IMG/VR virus record: IMGVR_UViG_2648501400_000020
Location: 1-38,746 of that record
Reading direction: 5' to 3' (one strand)
DNA from: a virus
Lineage: Duplodnaviria > Heunggongvirae > Uroviricota > Caudoviricetes
DNA: 38,746 nucleotides
Positions 28,990 through 38,247 of this stretch are shown here, piece after piece (position 1 is the stretch's first letter; every line of letters starts with the position of its first letter). Below the pieces are notes generated by a model, which did no database searches, was not told the origin of the DNA, and saw nothing but the letters and a program-made list of their open reading frames with translations. Position numbers and translations under genes: made by a program.

Positions 28990-29022
28990 TTGTTTTCACC
29001 TTGTAACGCTCGCAGCGTTACA
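28603..29022. repeat. Three copies of a 19-bp palindrome GTAACGC-N5-GCGTTAC (28604-28622 imperfect, 28811-28829, 29003-29021), candidate origin iterons
   Basis: Read directly from sequence; spacing about 200 bp; extra GTAAC half-sites at 28581-28668. Confidence 0.55.
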
Positions 29023-29066
29023 TTTAACTGATACCGAACAAAACAATCCGGCACGATTAATTTCAA

Positions 29067-29489
29067 TCAATGCACTACGACAGAATCGCCGGGCGACCCA
29101 CCACCGCTGAAATGTGCTTTCCGGTAAACGGCCTGGACTGCATCATCATGCGCATCAATTGCCGTACTCAACGCTTCCTGCGCCGCCAGTAATGCACGGC
29201 GTTCCAGGGTATCGAAGATGCAGAGTCGGTGACGCAGCTCGCGCGGAAGAATTGCCAGAACCGCAGGGATCAGTTTCTGAATTTTTTCCCTTTGCGCTTT
29301 CGTTTCACCTTTCAACCAACGGTGATAGATATTCTGCTGATTGTTCCAGTCCTTGCCTAGTACAAGGGGCAATTCGCCGCCCCCCTGGCGCAGATATTCT
29401 TCAGTAATTGCGTTAGCGACCCACGCCTGCCCTTTTTCGGCTGCCAGGGCTAACAACACTGATTCGATGTGCTCATGCCTGATTTTCAT
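29067..29489 (-). CDS. cII-position protein, YdaT-like (Rac prophage type)
   Basis: 140 aa, translationally coupled (ATGA) to the cro-like gene, upstream of replication genes. Confidence 0.55.
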   Translation of the reverse strand: MKIRHEHIESVLLALAAEKGQAWVANAITEEYLRQGGGELPLVLGKDWNNQQNIYHRWLKGETKAQREKIQKLIPAVLAILPRELRHRLCIFDTLERRALLAAQEALSTAIDAHDDAVQAVYRKAHFSGGGSPGDSVVVH

Positions 29490-29728
29490 GAATCAACCGC
29501 TCCTATGCTGTTTTCGCTATGCTTACCGTCTGGGGGGAATACATCGTCAAGTCCACAATGAGCGCCAAGCCGATTAAGGGTAGAAACAATTTTTCTGCAC
29601 TCCTCTAGTCCAGGGGTACGAAAATTTGCTTCGTAATTTGCCAGTCGGCTTTGTATCCACCCTAACTGAACAGCAAGTTGTCTTTGAGACAGCCCAAGCT
29701 GTTTTCGATATGTTGAAATTTTGTTCAT
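29486..29728 (-). CDS. Cro-like HTH transcriptional regulator (YdaS-like)
   Basis: 80 aa with HTH motif LGLSQRQLAVQLGWIQSRLANYE; divergent from repressor gene; GGAGG Shine-Dalgarno. Confidence 0.65.
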   Translation of the reverse strand: MNKISTYRKQLGLSQRQLAVQLGWIQSRLANYEANFRTPGLEECRKIVSTLNRLGAHCGLDDVFPPDGKHSENSIGAVDS

Positions 29729-29824
29729 TGAAAACCTCCAATGACAATTTTAAACACATCTTGTGTTATATGGTCAAGCTGTTTTGTGTTTTATGTAAAT
29801 CACGATTCGTGATACAAGGATGCA
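29729..29824. promoter_or_regulatory. Divergent promoter/operator region between cro-like and repressor genes
   Basis: Perfect 15-bp palindrome ATCACGATTCGTGAT (29799-29813); TTGTGTT motifs at 29761 and 29785; candidate rightward promoter -35 TTGACC / -10 TTTAAA on the minus strand. Confidence 0.55.
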
Positions 29825-30244
29825 ATGGAAAAAGAAAACGAAAAAATTGCCGCTAGTAGGCTCAATGACAAAATTGCAATGCGTCTTAAAGAGCGCAGGC
29901 AGAAGCTTGGTTTATCTCAAGGAAAACTTGCTGAAATCTGCGGATGGACGCAATCGCGTATAGGTAACTATGAGGCGGGCAGCAGAAATGTTGGAGTGCA
30001 TGACGCTGTCGTATTGGGAAAGGCACTTGGCATATCTCCTCCTGAGCTCCTCTTTGGAGAACAGGAATCTTCTGAATTGTGGTTAAATGAATCCCAACGA
30101 AAACTTCTTGAGTTGTTTAACCAGCTACCGGGCTCAGAACAACAACGAATGATTGAGCTATTTGAAGTCCGGCTAAAAGAAATCGATGAGTATGTAGAAA
30201 AATATTTGAGAGGCAGGCTTAAAGATAATCCCCCACCGGAGTAA
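29825..30244 (+). CDS. Prophage repressor, HTH XRE-type without peptidase domain (RacR-like)
   Basis: 139 aa with HTH LGLSQGKLAEICGWTQSRIGNYE; divergent from cro-like gene; followed by a strong terminator. Confidence 0.75.
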   Translation: MEKENEKIAASRLNDKIAMRLKERRQKLGLSQGKLAEICGWTQSRIGNYEAGSRNVGVHDAVVLGKALGISPPELLFGEQESSELWLNESQRKLLELFNQLPGSEQQRMIELFEVRLKEIDEYVEKYLRGRLKDNPPPE

Positions 30245-30274
30245 TGATCTTGCTATCACAGTAATATGCCAATC

Positions 30275-30299
30275 AGCCCGCTATCAGCGGGCTTTTTTT
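30275..30299 (+). terminator. Rho-independent terminator after repressor gene
   Basis: agcccgc-tatca-gcgggct hairpin followed by TTTTTTT. Confidence 0.7.
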
Positions 30300-30328
30300 G
30301 TACCATCATCATATGACACCCACCACAA

Positions 30329-30370
30329 AACACATTTCGTGTTGACACAAGAAAACGCATTGTGTTTAAT
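30329..30370 (+). promoter_or_regulatory. Early-left promoter (pL-like): -35 TTGACA (30342-30347), 17-bp spacer, -10 TTTAAT (30365-30370), overlapped by two inverted repeats
   Basis: Consensus -35 with canonical spacing; palindromes AACAC-N5-GTGTT (30329-30343) and ACACAA-N9-TTGTGT (30345-30365) look like operators. Confidence 0.55.
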
Positions 30371-30550
30371 AAGCATATCCAAACAACGCCCTACCAGAGA
30401 ACGGCAGGACAATACCTCGAGTTATCCAGCCACTGAACAGGGCTAAGTAGCCAGCCTGAGGCATACGAACATGACGGCAGTTGTTGATTGATACAAAGCG
30501 CAGTAGATAAAACGTTCCGCCACCCGGCGTTAAGGGGAAATGAGGTCAAC

Positions 30551-30703
30551 ATGGATACTATCGATCTTGGCAACAACGAATCTCTGGTATGTGGCGTGTT
30601 TCCCAATCAGGACGGCACATTCACCGCCATGACGTATACCAAAAGCAAATCGTTTAAAACCGAAGCTGGCGCACGTCGCTGGCTTGCCAAAAATACCAGC
30701 TAA
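30551..30703 (+). CDS. Small protein (YdaF/YdaG-like early gene), 50 aa from ATG 30551
   Basis: GAGG Shine-Dalgarno 7 nt upstream of ATG; first gene of early-left operon. Confidence 0.4.
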   Translation: MDTIDLGNNESLVCGVFPNQDGTFTAMTYTKSKSFKTEAGARRWLAKNTS

Positions 30704-31111
30704 ACCATTTATTGGATTAATTCAATATTCTTGCTGTAGGGGTATAGCCGAGGCCACCAAAGCCCGGAGGTGGTGAAATAAAACCGGGCACAACACGAAG
30801 GCGCATTTCCGGTATCCATAAAGAGTCGGTCTTGTCTGTTAAATTTAAATGGTGGGAGTGCGCCTCCGGTTGTAAATAACGACATTGCTATGTGTAGTCT
30901 TTGGCGGCATCAGTTCTACTCCGTGGCTGCCCTGCCGCCCCTTTTTAAAGTGAATTTTGTGATGCGGTGAATGCGGCTAAGCGCACGCGGCACAGTTAAA
31001 AGCATCAGTGTTATGGGTGGATTATCCGGCGTTAATTGTTAACTGGTTAACGTCACCTGGAGGCACCAGGCACCGCATCGACAAAATTCATTTGTAAAAA
31101 TGGAGATAATT

Positions 31112-31333
31112 ATGATTGCTCATCACTTCGGAACTGATGAAATACCACGTCAGTGTGTGACCCCTGGCGATTATGTTCTTCATGAAGGTCGGACATATAT
31201 CGCCTCGGCAAACAATATTAAAAAGCGAAAACTTTATATTCGTAGCCTGACTACAAAAACATGCATTTCTGACTGCATGATTAGAGTCTTCCTCGGTCGT
31301 GATGGTTTACCTGTAAAGGCGGAGTCATGGTAA
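31112..31333 (+). CDS. KilR-like small protein (candidate host cell-division inhibitor)
   Basis: 73 aa from ATG 31112 with GGAG Shine-Dalgarno; position and size match the kil gene of Rac-type prophages. Confidence 0.5.
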   Translation: MIAHHFGTDEIPRQCVTPGDYVLHEGRTYIASANNIKKRKLYIRSLTTKTCISDCMIRVFLGRDGLPVKAESW

Positions 31334-31503
31334 TGACTAAGAAAATAAAATGTGCTTATCACCTTTGCAATAAAGAAATTGAAGAAAGCAAAATCATTAC
31401 AAGACCACTTCATTTCATGCGTGGAGTTATACCAACGACGGAAATGAAAAAATATTGTAGTGAAATCTGTGCCGAAAAAGACCAGATGGCACACGAACTT
31501 TAA
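31333..31503 (+). CDS. Small four-Cys zinc-ribbon protein (YdaE-like), 56 aa; below ORF-track cutoff
   Basis: My translation: [56 protein letters not shown]; ATG overlaps stop of previous gene. Confidence 0.4.
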   Translation: MTKKIKCAYHLCNKEIEESKIITRPLHFMRGVIPTTEMKKYCSEICAEKDQMAHEL

Positions 31504-31577
31504 TTAACTGACTATCCGAAACTGAATTTATGCCAGCAATGGCAGGGATTCGCTCAACCTTAATTAAGGAGAAAAAC

Positions 31578-31823
31578 ATGATTACCAGTTATGAAGCCAC
31601 TGTTGTTACTACTGATAACATTGTTCACGAAGTTACCCTGGAAGGAAAGCGTATTGGCTACGTGATTAAGACAGAAAATAAAGAAACCCCATTCACTGTG
31701 GTTGATATCGACGGTCCATCAGGCAACGTTAAAACACTTAACGATGGTGTTAAAAAAATGTGTCTGGTGCACACAGGAAAGAATCTGCCCGCAGAAAAAA
31801 AGCCGAATTTCTGGCAACTCTGA
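31578..31823 (+). CDS. RacC-like small protein (start at ATG 31578 with AAGGAG Shine-Dalgarno)
   Basis: 81 aa ORF immediately upstream of RecE-like gene. Confidence 0.4.
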   Translation: MITSYEATVVTTDNIVHEVTLEGKRIGYVIKTENKETPFTVVDIDGPSGNVKTLNDGVKKMCLVHTGKNLPAEKKPNFWQL

Positions 31824-31951
31824 TTGCAATGAAATTAAAAGGTGAAATCTGAAAAAAAGAAAGCCTGCACACTGTGCAGGCCTGAGTGAAGAACCTGGGA
31901 CATTTATTCATCACTCGCATTAATTTTAATCTGAGTTGAGGTTAAAAAACA

Positions 31952-34900
31952 ATGAGCACCGATAAACAAGTTTACCCACTGTATTACGAAGCAAAAAATG
32001 ACAAAGTAAGAAAACGTCTCGGTATTAAAGGCGGTTTCTACTGGGCTGAAGCGAAAAAATTATCCATTGCCATCTCCCGTGGTGCTGTTGCGATTGACGA
32101 TGCTGGCTACGATGAAGATGACTTTAAAAAACCTGTTCGCGTCAACTTGCCCGTTGTTGATGACCTTCCACCAGAAGGCGTATTTGATACGGAATTCTGC
32201 AACCGTTACGAAAAAGGCGGGGAAGATGGCATCACAATGGTATTTATCGCGCCCTCATCCTCTGCGCAGGACAAACCAGCCAGCACTGACAATACCAATG
32301 TTAATGGCGAAGACATGACGGAGATTGAGGAGAATATGCTACTCCCGATTTCCGGTCAGGAGCTGCCCATTCGCTGGCTTGCTCAACACGGCAGCGAAAA
32401 ACCGGTAACGCACGTTTCACGCGACGGACTACAGGCATTACACATTGCACGAGCTGAAGAACTACCAGCTGTTACTGCCCTGGCTGTTTCCCACAAAACC
32501 AGCCTGCTCGACCCGTTGGAAATTCGCGATCTCCACAAACTGGTGCGTGATACTGACAGAGTTTTCCCTAATCCAGGCAATTCAAGCCTGGGGCTGATGA
32601 CTGCTTTTTTCGAAGCATACCTGGACGCAGACTACACCGATCGCGGTCTGCTGACAAAAGAGTGGATGAAAGGAAATCGTGTTTCACGCATCACGCGCAC
32701 GGCTTCCGGCGCTAATGCTGGCGGCGGGAACCTCACCGATCGCGGCGAAGGTTTCGTTCACGATCTGACGTCACTGGCGCGCGACGTAGCCACTGGCGTA
32801 CTGGCTCGTTCAATGGACGTGGACATTTATAACCTTCATCCGGCACACGCTAAACGTGTCGAGGAAATTATCGCTGAAAATAAACCGCCCTTTTCTGTTT
32901 TCCGCGACAAATTCATCACCATGCCTGGCGGGCTGGATTATTCCCGCGCCATCGTGGTTGCGTCCGTAAAAGAAGCACCAATTGGGATCGAGGTTATCCC
33001 CGCACACGTCACTGAATATCTTAACAAAGTACTGACTGAAACTGATCATGCCACCCCTGATCCAGAAATCGTGGATATTGCCTGCGGTCGTTCCTCTGCC
33101 CCGATGCCGCAGCGTGTAACAGAAGAAGAAAAACAGGATGATGAAGAAAAACTGCAACCATCTTGCGCAATGGCAGATGAACAGGCAACGGCTGAAACAG
33201 TGGAACCGGATGCAACTGAACATCATCAGGACACGCAGCCGCTGGATGCTCAGTCACAGGTAAATTCTGTTGATGCGAAATATCAGAAACTGCGGGCAGA
33301 ACTCTATGAAGCCCGGAAAAACATTCCGCCCAAAAATCCTGTCGATGCAGACAAATTACTGGCTGCCTCTCGCGGAGAATTTGTTGAAGGGATTAGCGAC
33401 CCGAATGATCCGAAATGGGTTAAGGGGATCCAGACCCGCGATTCTGTGTACCAGAATCAGCCAGAAACGGAACAGAACGACCCAAATACGCAACAAAACG
33501 AGCCAGAAACGAAACAGCCTGAGCCAGTAGTGCAACAACAGGAAACGGAGAAAGTTTGCACCGCCTGCGGTAAGGCTGGCGGCGGCAACTGTCCTGACTG
33601 TGGCGCGGTGATGGGCGACGCAACGTATCAGAAAACCTTTAATGAAGAAAATCAGAATGAATATCAGGAAAAAGGTCTGGAGGAAATGGAAGGTGCTGAA
33701 CATCCGCACAAGGAGAACGCTGGCAGCAATCCGCATTGCGATTGCAGTGATGAAGCTGGTGAAACGACAGCACCTGTAGTAACTGAAATCATGTGGCCGT
33801 CATATTTCGAGCCTGGCCGCTATGAAAACCTCCCGAACGAGGTTTATCACTCCGCCAACGGAATAAGCAGCACAATGCTGAAGGATGCCCGCATCAGCCT
33901 GATGTATTACCACGGACGGCACATTGCCGGAACTATTCCGGGCGAGGAAAGTGATGCATTGCTGCGTGGGCGGATTATTCACAGCTATGTTCTGGAAACG
34001 GATAAATTCGCTGATGAGTATGCCATCCCGGTACCGGTTCCTGAATATGTGGTTACTACTTCTAACGAACTGATCGCCATCATTAAAAAACACAATGCCA
34101 GTCTGCCAGCACTGATGACACCAGAGCAGATGAAAGAGTGGATCGAAAGCTACAACAGCACTCTTATACAGCCACTGTCGGTAAGTGCCGGGGCCGAAGA
34201 AACAGGCATCCTTTACGGTTCGCTTCCGGAGGAATTCCGGCGTATTCCTGAGGGGGAAAAACACACAGCATCAGCAATGAAAGCCTGTATTAAAGAATAC
34301 AACGCAAGCCTCCCTCCTCTGCTGAAAGCCAGTGGAACACGAGAGCAGCTCCTGGAGCAAATTGAAACTGTAGATCCAGAACTGGCAAAAAAAGAACGTG
34401 CTAAATCTTTGCCTTACAACATCAGAGGCACAAAAGAGCAATTAACCGAAATCGCCCGGAAAATTCGCCCGGAACTGGTAACACTGGAGGACTGGCAAAA
34501 ACGCCAGCAAGAAGAAAACGCCGGGAAAACGTTTATCAGTCCGGATATGTATGAACAGGCAAAAAATATTCACGCAGCACTGCAAAACAATACTGATGCA
34601 GCAAGGCTACTCAACCACCCGGATCGCAAATCTGAAATCAGCTATTTCGGGTTTGATGAAGAAACCGGGCTGGAAATCAGGGTCCGTCCTGATATCGAAA
34701 TCCGGCTGCCATACGAAAGCATTTGCGCCGACGTGAAGTCAGTCAGCCTCGGTTATGTGCGACAGGAACGACTGAAAGATCGCCTGCACCGTGAAATTAT
34801 TGAACGTGATTATCACCTCAGCGCAGCAATGTATTGCGATGTGGCAAACCTGGACAAATTTTTCTGGATCTTCGTCAACAAAGATGCTGGCTATCACTGG

Positions 34901-35080
34901 GTGGCCGTCGTGGAAGCCTCGCAGGAACTCCTGGAACTTGGTCGACAGGAATATCGCCGGACACTACGACAGATAAACGAAGCTCTGGAGACAAACAACT
35001 GGCCAGCACCGATTACCGAAAGTTATACCGACGAATTAAACGACTTTGATCTTCGTCGTCTTGAAGCACTGAGCATCTGA
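31952..35080 (+). CDS. recE: RecE-like exonuclease VIII (PD-(D/E)XK nuclease C-terminal domain)
   Basis: 1042 aa; C-terminal RVRPD...CADVKSV...YHLSAAMY motif set (D at 34691); position upstream of annealing protein and int; internal CxxC-N9-CxxC at 33557-33601. Confidence 0.7.
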   Translation: MSTDKQVYPLYYEAKNDKVRKRLGIKGGFYWAEAKKLSIAISRGAVAIDDAGYDEDDFKKPVRVNLPVVDDLPPEGVFDTEFCNRYEKGGEDGITMVFIAPSSSAQDKPASTDNTNVNGEDMTEIEENMLLPISGQELPIRWLAQHGSEKPVTHVSRDGLQALHIARAEELPAVTALAVSHKTSLLDPLEIRDLHKLVRDTDRVFPNPGNSSLGLMTAFFEAYLDADYTDRGLLTKEWMKGNRVSRITRTASGANAGGGNLTDRGEGFVHDLTSLARDVATGVLARSMDVDIYNLHPAHAKRVEEIIAENKPPFSVFRDKFITMPGGLDYSRAIVVASVKEAPIGIEVIPAHVTEYLNKVLTETDHATPDPEIVDIACGRSSAPMPQRVTEEEKQDDEEKLQPSCAMADEQATAETVEPDATEHHQDTQPLDAQSQVNSVDAKYQKLRAELYEARKNIPPKNPVDADKLLAASRGEFVEGISDPNDPKWVKGIQTRDSVYQNQPETEQNDPNTQQNEPETKQPEPVVQQQETEKVCTACGKAGGGNCPDCGAVMGDATYQKTFNEENQNEYQEKGLEEMEGAEHPHKENAGSNPHCDCSDEAGETTAPVVTEIMWPSYFEPGRYENLPNEVYHSANGISSTMLKDARISLMYYHGRHIAGTIPGEESDALLRGRIIHSYVLETDKFADEYAIPVPVPEYVVTTSNELIAIIKKHNASLPALMTPEQMKEWIESYNSTLIQPLSVSAGAEETGILYGSLPEEFRRIPEGEKHTASAMKACIKEYNASLPPLLKASGTREQLLEQIETVDPELAKKERAKSLPYNIRGTKEQLTEIARKIRPELVTLEDWQKRQQEENAGKTFISPDMYEQAKNIHAALQNNTDAARLLNHPDRKSEISYFGFDEETGLEIRVRPDIEIRLPYESICADVKSVSLGYVRQERLKDRLHREIIERDYHLSAAMYCDVANLDKFFWIFVNKDAGYHWVAVVEASQELLELGRQEYRRTLRQINEALETNNWPAPITESYTDELNDFDLRRLEALSI

Positions 35081-35091
35081 GGAAGGACACA

Positions 35092-36144
35092 ATGAACGAA
35101 TTAACTCAACAAGAAAATATTAACTCTAATGTTGCGGTTTTCAGCCCTCAGTCCCTGGCTGCAATTCAGACATTTTCCCAGGTAATGGCTTCCGGCATGG
35201 CTACTGTACCGGAACACCTCCGGGGAAATCCATCAGACTGCATGGCCATCACCATGCAGGCGATGCAGTGGCAAATGAACCCTTACGCAGTAGCTCAGAA
35301 AACTTTCGTTGTGAATGGTATGCTCGGATATGAAGCGCAACTGGTTAATGCCGTAATCAGTACTCGTGGGCCGCTAACCGGGCGTATTGAATATGACTGG
35401 TTCGGGCCGTGGGAAAAAATTATCGGGAAATTTGAAATCAGGAAGAACGACAAGGGGAAAGAATATCGTGTACCTAGCTGGAAGCTGGCCGATGAAAACG
35501 GGATCGGAGTTCGCGTCCAGGCAACACTACGCGGAGAGAGCAAGCCACGCGTACTGGAGTTACTTCTGGCACAGGCCAGAACACGTAACTCAACGTTATG
35601 GGCCGATGATCCTCGCCAGCAGCTTGCCTATCTGGCACTGAAACGCTGGGCGCGCCTTTATTGCCCTGAAGTGATTCTTGGAGTGTACACCCGGGACGAA
35701 CTGGACGAACCACAGGAAAAAATCATTAATCCGGTTCAGGAACATAAAAATACATCCGCCTGCCGTGCGGAACGTGAAACAACAATTATTGAGCAGGATG
35801 CCGGGGAAAACTGGATCAGTGCTTTCCGTGAACGTATTGAGCAGGCACAAAGCACCGGAGAAACAACATCACTTCGCCAGGAAGTGGAAGATCATAAAAA
35901 TACACTTGGCGCTCTCTACACAGAACTTAAAGGAAAAGTGGTTCAGCGTCATCACCGTCTCAATGCTATTGCCCGTATTGAGACGATGATAAATGACCTG
36001 CCTTCATCAGGTGATCCAGAAGCAGAACAAAAATTTATTGCTCTGGAAAATACGCTGAATGCTGCACGACCACATCTGGGAGAATTATATGAGGCGTATA
36101 AAACGACACTGACAGATATGAAACCAGAATATATCGGCTCCTGA
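35092..36144 (+). CDS. Putative single-strand annealing/recombination protein (RecT/Bet position), family not recognised
   Basis: 350 aa, GAGG Shine-Dalgarno, 11 nt downstream of RecE-like stop; assignment by synteny. Confidence 0.4.
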   Translation: MNELTQQENINSNVAVFSPQSLAAIQTFSQVMASGMATVPEHLRGNPSDCMAITMQAMQWQMNPYAVAQKTFVVNGMLGYEAQLVNAVISTRGPLTGRIEYDWFGPWEKIIGKFEIRKNDKGKEYRVPSWKLADENGIGVRVQATLRGESKPRVLELLLAQARTRNSTLWADDPRQQLAYLALKRWARLYCPEVILGVYTRDELDEPQEKIINPVQEHKNTSACRAERETTIIEQDAGENWISAFRERIEQAQSTGETTSLRQEVEDHKNTLGALYTELKGKVVQRHHRLNAIARIETMINDLPSSGDPEAEQKFIALENTLNAARPHLGELYEAYKTTLTDMKPEYIGS

Positions 36145-36207
36145 TATTTACTATGGCGGTGTAGCCTCACCGCCATAACAAAACTTTATTTTATGAGAGA
36201 AAAGACA

Positions 36208-36402
36208 ATGCGGTATGAAAAAGTCAAACCATGTCCGTTTTGTGGTTGTCCATCAGTAACGGTGAAAGCCATTTCAGGATATTACCGCGCAAAGTGTAAC
36301 GGATGCGAATCCCGAACCGGCTATAGTGGAAGTGAAAAAGAAGCACTCGAAAGATGGAATAAACGAACTACTGGAAATAATAATGGAGGTGTTCATGTAT
36401 AA
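36208..36402 (+). CDS. Lar-like restriction alleviation protein (zinc finger)
   Basis: 64 aa from ATG 36208; CPFCGC...CNGC motif typical of the Lar family. Confidence 0.5.
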   Translation: MRYEKVKPCPFCGCPSVTVKAISGYYRAKCNGCESRTGYSGSEKEALERWNKRTTGNNNGGVHV

Positions 36403-36583
36403 AATTACTGCCACTATTGAAAAGGAAGGTGGCACTCCTACTAACTGGACAAGATATTCAAAATCTAAATTAACGAAATCAGAATGCGAAAAAATGCTCT
36501 CAGGGAAAAAAGAAGCAGGCGTTTCCAGAGAGCAGAAAGTAAAGCTGATAAATTTTAATTGCGAGAAACTTCTGTCCTCGTGA
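36395..36583 (+). CDS. Small hypothetical protein (YdaC-like position)
   Basis: 62 aa from ATG 36395 with GGAGG Shine-Dalgarno; overlaps end of Lar-like gene. Confidence 0.3.
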   Translation: MYKITATIEKEGGTPTNWTRYSKSKLTKSECEKMLSGKKEAGVSREQKVKLINFNCEKLLSS

Positions 36584-36689
36584 GTTGCATTATATACAAA
36601 TTAGAACTTCATAGCTGATTATTAAAAATCAACCACATCCGCCAGTATTCTGTATATTTACTGGCGGTCATATCGTAAGAGGTATGGCA

Positions 36690-36971
36690 ATGAATCTTGT
36701 GACACTCAAAACGTGGGGAAAACTCAGATATCCGGATAACCCACCATCAATATCAACGCTGAGACGATGGGCAAGGAATGGAAACATTTATCCTGCACCT
36801 GAACTACACGGGAGGAGTTACAGGGTGGTTCCGGAGGCTTTCTATATCAACCCAAATAAGGTTGATACCGATATAACACACCATCAGCCTAATGGGCGAC
36901 AAGGGAGAGACAGTCCGTTACTGGAGAAGTTAAAACATGCAGCGGAAAAAATACGATCCCAATTTGCCTAA
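36690..36971 (+). CDS. xis: Excisionase (lambda Xis-like)
   Basis: TLRRWARNGNIYPAPELHGRSYRV resembles the lambda Xis winged-helix core; overlaps int start as in lambda. Confidence 0.6.
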   Translation: MNLVTLKTWGKLRYPDNPPSISTLRRWARNGNIYPAPELHGRSYRVVPEAFYINPNKVDTDITHHQPNGRQGRDSPLLEKLKHAAEKIRSQFA

Positions 36972-38013
36972 AAACTTAACATATCGAAGGAGGGACAAAG
37001 CATATTACTGGCGCAACCCTCTGACGAAAGAAGAATTTACACTAGGTAAAATTTCAAGAAGAGATGCAGTAGCGCAGGCAATTGAAGCAAATCATTATAT
37101 ATACAAAAACTACTCTCCTGCTGCCTTAATTGAAAAGCTTAAAGGGTTCGACTCATTTACTATGGCAGACTGGATTGAACGTTACAAAACGATTCTTATA
37201 AGGAGAAAAGTGTCCAGAAATACTTATAAAATTCGGGTAAATCAACTGGAGACAATAAAAGAAAAATTGGGGGAAATTTTACTGACAGAAATAACCACTC
37301 GCCATATTGCCGAGTTTCTTGATTTGTGGATTGAAGGAGGGAAAAACACAATGGCAGGATCAATGCGTTCTGTGTTGTCTGATATGTTTCGTGAGGCCAT
37401 TGTTGAAGGACGTATATCTCAAAATCCAGTAACGCCAACAAGAGCACCGAAAATAGTAGTTACAAGAGAACGACTGAAACTAAAGACATACAACTGCATC
37501 AGGGAGGCAGCAGATCAACTTCCGGCATGGTTCCCATTAGCTATGGATTTAGCCCTTGTAACAGGACAACGTCGCGAAGACATAACGAATATACGGTTTA
37601 GTGATATTTATGATGATCGTCTCCACATCAGGCAAATTAAGACAGGAATGATGATTGCTATCCCCCTGTCACTCAGCCTTCCTGTCGCTGGTCTACGGCT
37701 TGGTACAGTAGTTGAACAGTGCCGCCTGGTAAGCCGGGGAGATTATCTAATCAGTGCCGGGATTAGAAAAAACAGCCCTGACGGCAGCATTCACCCGGAT
37801 GGCCTGACAAAAAAATTTGTCGCAGCCAGAAAATTAACAGGTATCCAGTTCAGTGAAAACCCACCAACTTTTCACGAGATCAGAAGTCTGGCTGGACGAT
37901 TGTACAAAGAAACATGTGGAGAAGAATTTGCTCAGCGTCTACTTGGCCACACATCGGAGAAGACAACAAAAATGTATCTTGATGAGAGAGAAAAAACGTA
38001 CTTACTGCTCTGA
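36937..38013 (+). CDS. int: Tyrosine integrase, lambda Int family
   Basis: 358 aa; N-terminal arm-binding region ([29 protein letters not shown]) and C-terminal catalytic region ([13 protein letters not shown]...[13 protein letters not shown]) parallel lambda Int. Confidence 0.9.
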   Translation: MQRKKYDPNLPKNLTYRRRDKAYYWRNPLTKEEFTLGKISRRDAVAQAIEANHYIYKNYSPAALIEKLKGFDSFTMADWIERYKTILIRRKVSRNTYKIRVNQLETIKEKLGEILLTEITTRHIAEFLDLWIEGGKNTMAGSMRSVLSDMFREAIVEGRISQNPVTPTRAPKIVVTRERLKLKTYNCIREAADQLPAWFPLAMDLALVTGQRREDITNIRFSDIYDDRLHIRQIKTGMMIAIPLSLSLPVAGLRLGTVVEQCRLVSRGDYLISAGIRKNSPDGSIHPDGLTKKFVAARKLTGIQFSENPPTFHEIRSLAGRLYKETCGEEFAQRLLGHTSEKTTKMYLDEREKTYLLL

Positions 38014-38060
38014 TTTTAACGTAAATGGATTGTTAAATGTATTTTGGTTGTGATATAACC

Positions 38061-38078
38061 AAAAAAGACCGGAATACA
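38061..38078. repeat. att-like core repeat AAAAAAGACCGGAATACA, degenerate copy of the sRNA 3-prime end at 38145-38163
   Basis: Direct imperfect repeat read from sequence, 84 bp apart, just downstream of int. Confidence 0.3.
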
Positions 38079-38144
38079 GAAATTCGAGTAAATTTCGGGG
38101 AATTTCGGGAAGACGTTTGCAACTGATTGATTTTAAATACAATT

Positions 38145-38247
38145 AAAAAAAGACCGAATACGATTCCTGTATTCGGTCCAGGGAAATGGCTCTTGGGAGA
38201 GAGCCGTGCGCTAAAAGTTGGCATTAATGCAGGCTTAGTTGCCTTGC
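38145..38247 (-). ncRNA. sdsR: SdsR (RyeB)-like small RNA with intrinsic terminator
   Basis: Minus-strand transcript beginning GCAAGGCAACUAAGCCUGCAUUAAUGCC and ending in hairpin GACCGAAUACAGGAAUCGUAUUCGGUC plus U-run; lies between a yebY-like gene and the prophage as in the enterobacterial ryeA/ryeB locus. Confidence 0.5.

Larger units (their letters stand above)
1..38165. mobile_element. Lambdoid-type prophage, right end at integrase/att near 38061-38165; left end lies beyond the window start
   Basis: Contiguous phage modules in lambda-like order (int-xis-recombination-immunity-replication-nin-Q-lysis-terminase-head-tail); host-type sRNA and signal-peptide gene begin right of 38145. Confidence 0.85.

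Noticed and set aside
30391-30606. 71-aa minus-strand ORF in the early-left leader
   Set aside because: Antisense to the pL-like promoter and leader and overlapping the first early gene; no ribosome-binding site
32383-34264. Minus-strand ORFs inside the RecE-like gene (32383..32580, 32810..33226, 33356..33736, 33800..34264)
   Set aside because: Antisense to a strongly supported 1042-aa gene, no ribosome-binding sites, low-complexity translations
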